Source: Oligoflexia bacterium (GTDB taxonomy: Bacteria; Bdellovibrionota; Bdellovibrionia; JABDDW01). Taken from it: 64,000 bases of DNA. The notes beneath the pieces are model-generated. The model had not been told where the DNA came from. It did not search any database and saw only the letters and a list, made by a program, of their open reading frames with translations. How positions within the stretch are numbered: position 1 is the first letter of the stretch; each line of letters begins with the position of its first letter. The position numbers and the translations under genes were made by a program. The stretch spans positions 1-64,000 of the forward strand of contig JAYTHU010000075.1 of the NCBI GenBank assembly GCA_043732305.1. The letters are read 5' to 3'. Shown here in pieces: positions 62,677 through 64,000 of this stretch.

Positions 62677-62822
62677 TCAGGATAGGTCTATCGCTCTAGA
62701 GTCATCTAACCTTAAAGTGAACGTGGTTCCAGCGTTCGGAGAAGTCGAGACTTATCAATATGATAGAACGGTTCAAAAATGAGAGATTGCTTACCTGCTG
62801 GAATACGAAATCCATGATCGCG
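62677..62822 (-). pseudogene. Remnant of a histidine-kinase HATPase_c domain
   Basis: Minus strand reads RDHGFRIPAGKQSLIFEPFYHIDKSR, then in a shifted frame VSTSPNAGTTFTLRLDDSRAIDLS*; G1/F boxes and last strand present, G2 box absent. Confidence 0.75.
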
Positions 62823-62922
62823 GTCTAAAAAGCCACCAGATTTCAAAACGATGGAAGACGGAATCACTTCGCCGTACTCTTTGGTTCACCGCAAAACAGA
62901 AATGTTATGCGGCAACGCATGG

Positions 62923-64000
62923 TCACTGAACGCGGTTTTCTCCGATAGCTACGGCCAGCGCAAGATCTTGAAGTTGGAAATTTACCAAAGCTTGAGCGCG
63001 CGATGATTCAGCCTGAACCAAAGTTGTTTGCGTGGTGATCAAGTCTAAAAAGCTGGCGGATCCGACCCCGTAACGCCCGTCCATCACTTCGTAAGCTTTT
63101 TGTGCGGCATTGACACCTTTTCTAGAGGAATTCAATTGCTGAACGGCAGTGACGTAATCGCCATAGACCCGCTTCACATCGCCTTGAACCTGCAAGTGTT
63201 TATTTCTAGCGTCAATGTCATAATTGCCGGCTATGAGTTGCGCTTGACTGACGTTTTGGTTGGTTACAAATCTGTCGAAAATATTCCAAGTGAGAGTCAC
63301 GCCAACCGAGTACACCGTTTGGTTGGAAAGTTGGGATTCCAAAGGTGTTTGAGACGAGGGAACCACGCCCAATCCGTTTACTGACTGATCATAAAGACGA
63401 TGACCAGCAGATTGAAGGCCCGCTACGAAATCTATTCTTGGCAAATATGTTCCAAACGCTGTGTTCACATCTAGTGAAGTAGCGCGCGCAATATTATCAG
63501 ACGCTTTCAGGTCAAAGCGATTTCTCATGGCTTGAGCCACTAGCATTTCTTCACTCTTGATACTTTGAACAGCTTTTGTTTCAGGAAGATCAGGGGTTAC
63601 AAAATGATATTTCATACCCACGTCCAATCGCAGTTTTTGCAGCAAAGTCACTTGATCAGTCCGAGTTTTATTTTGTGCAGACAAAACTGCCGACTCGTCT
63701 TGACTTGTCTGAGCTTGTTGGCGAAAAAGATCAGAAAGATTTCTCACGCCCACTTCTGTTTGCTCTCGCAAAAGATCTTCACGCGCTTGAGAAGCTTGAT
63801 AATTTTTCTTGGCCACATCTAGAAGCTTATAATCCAGTATCACTTGCAAAAAAGATTGGGCGACATCCAGTGAAATTTCTTGCTTGGCTCGCTCAACCGT
63901 CAATTGGCTCGCGTCTTTTTTAAGAAGTGCTGATTTCAAATTATTGATATCTGACAAACCGTTGAAAATATTTAAATCTGCAGTCACTGCATAACTCGCG
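62923..64000 (-). CDS. TolC-family outer-membrane efflux protein (5' end outside the window)
   Basis: LNIFNG, R.DL.A, YLPRID, LTWNIFD, RY.VG.ASFLDL...Q..L..AE. Confidence 0.9.
   Translation of the reverse strand, partial: ASYAVTADLNIFNGLSDINNLKSALLKKDASQLTVERAKQEISLDVAQSFLQVILDYKLLDVAKKNYQASQAREDLLREQTEVGVRNLSDLFRQQAQTSQDESAVLSAQNKTRTDQVTLLQKLRLDVGMKYHFVTPDLPETKAVQSIKSEEMLVAQAMRNRFDLKASDNIARATSLDVNTAFGTYLPRIDFVAGLQSAGHRLYDQSVNGLGVVPSSQTPLESQLSNQTVYSVGVTLTWNIFDRFVTNQNVSQAQLIAGNYDIDARNKHLQVQGDVKRVYGDYVTAVQQLNSSRKGVNAAQKAYEVMDGRYGVGSASFLDLITTQTTLVQAESSRAQALVNFQLQDLALAVAIGENRVQ

Overview
Mostly core-chromosome segment from an AT-rich bacterium, very probably Bdellovibrionota. The assignment is inferred from a complete Agl-Glt gliding cluster sitting between kdsC and lptC-lptB-rpoN, a DgcB-like FHA-GGDEF protein, an orphan CpaF ATPase and many sigma54 promoters. 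Gene order: rplY(3' end)-pth-ychF; alkA; hpf-rpoN-lptB-lptC/A; two accessory secreted proteins; an 11-gene Agl-Glt cluster (2 ExbD, ExbB/AglR, GltG/F/E/D/C, 2 beta-barrels); kdsC-kdsD-pyrG-kdsB-engB; FHA-sigma54 activator; FliL-like protein; polA; cspA; eno; histidine kinase; CpaF; PIN-PhoH; PilZ; TonB; a stand-alone Y1 (RAYT-like) transposase; an ECF sigma/anti-sigma operon; Rsm22-like methyltransferase; two diguanylate cyclases; pgi; rlmN; a partial TolC. I saw no rRNA, tRNA or CRISPR array. Main signals beyond the ORF track: (1) a dispersed ~40-bp REP-like repeat at gene 3' ends, including a perfect 28-bp inverted pair, with a candidate mobiliser in the Y1 transposase; (2) uncalled pseudogenes (four-helix-bundle protein, histidine-kinase remnant, a lipoprotein with an in-frame tail behind two stops); (3) strongly C-skewed gene 3' ends just before the repeat and the transposase; (4) a shared ECF-type promoter motif, several sigma54 sites and several apparently leaderless promoters; (5) Thr-containing N-terminal tails on FHA proteins, suggesting a DgcB-like phospho-switch reused on a sigma54 activator. 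All family calls come from motif recognition by eye; no database searches were run.
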